Below are positions 63,411 through 64,000 of a stretch of DNA of 64,000 bases, one piece after another. The number at the start of each line of letters is the position of its first letter. Positions within the stretch are counted from its first letter, which is position 1. A program made the position numbers and the translations under genes. The DNA lies in contig NC_083428.1 of assembly GCF_020745735.1 (NCBI RefSeq), positions 28,582,001-28,646,000 on the forward strand, written 5' to 3'. This DNA comes from Hemiscyllium ocellatum. Its lineage: Eukaryota. Below the pieces are notes generated by a model that saw nothing but the letters and a program-made list of their open reading frames with translations, ran no database searches and was not told the DNA's origin.

Positions 63411-64000
63411 AACTGCTAACTCAACTTTAAACATCTTCAATGATGGAGCATTCAGAATCCTCTGGAGTAGAGAATTCCATGGATACGTATCCTTTTGAAT
63501 GAAGAAATATTTTTACGTCAGTCCTAAATGACCACCCCGTATCCTGGGATGTGTCCCCATATTCTGGATTCCAGCCTGGGGAACAACTTCTCAGTGTCTG
63601 CCCTGTCAAGCCCCATAGATATATTGTCAATGAGTTCACCTCTCACTGTTCTAAACTCTAGAGTATACAGGCCCATTATACTCAGCATCTTGTCATAAGA
63701 CAATCTTCTCATCCAGTGATCAATCTCGCCCCAAGCAAGGATATCCTTTGTTAAATGTGGAACTCACCACCAAAGGCAACTAAGAGCGACAATAACTGAT
63801 GACCAGGTCTCATGAGTGAACAGAAAAAAGCTGCACACAGATGTCCAGGTGTGGTTTATCCGTAGCCCATATTATGGTAGCAAGGCATACTCATTCTTCT
63901 ATGGACTCCAATTCTTTGCAATAAAGGCCAACATGCATAAATATTTTATGCTCAGGCATACCATGACACACATCTGGAGTTTGAATGCAGGTCCTTTGAA

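Overview
Vertebrate genomic DNA, almost certainly a cartilaginous fish (shark), inferred from abundant HE1-like V-SINEs, HER1/CR1 LINEs and Penelope-like elements (PLEs). Three intact spliced genes were reconstructed by hand with GT-AG introns and consistent phases: a NIM1K-like AMPK-family kinase (minus, 3 coding exons, 434 aa, CaaX C-terminus), POLE4 (plus, 4 exons, 114 aa) and ADMP (minus, 5 exons, 382 aa). Upstream of ADMP, in the same orientation, lie five exons of a Cys-rich gene that matches Pinhead (pnhd), the conserved neighbour of Admp. This copy carries premature stops, frameshifts, apparent Cys-to-Arg changes and a probably lost donor, so it looks like a dead pinhead beside a live admp. 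Other highlights: the POLE4 promoter is a 30-bp CpG-rich minisatellite carrying about 17 tandem CCAAT (NF-Y) boxes; PLE tails carry minimal hammerhead ribozyme motifs; POLE4 intron 1 holds a triple-nested insertion (solo LTR in a PLE in another element's hammerhead core); and a long hairpin follows the POLE4 stop codon. Family assignments rest on motif recognition from memory, not database searches, and most repeat boundaries are approximate.
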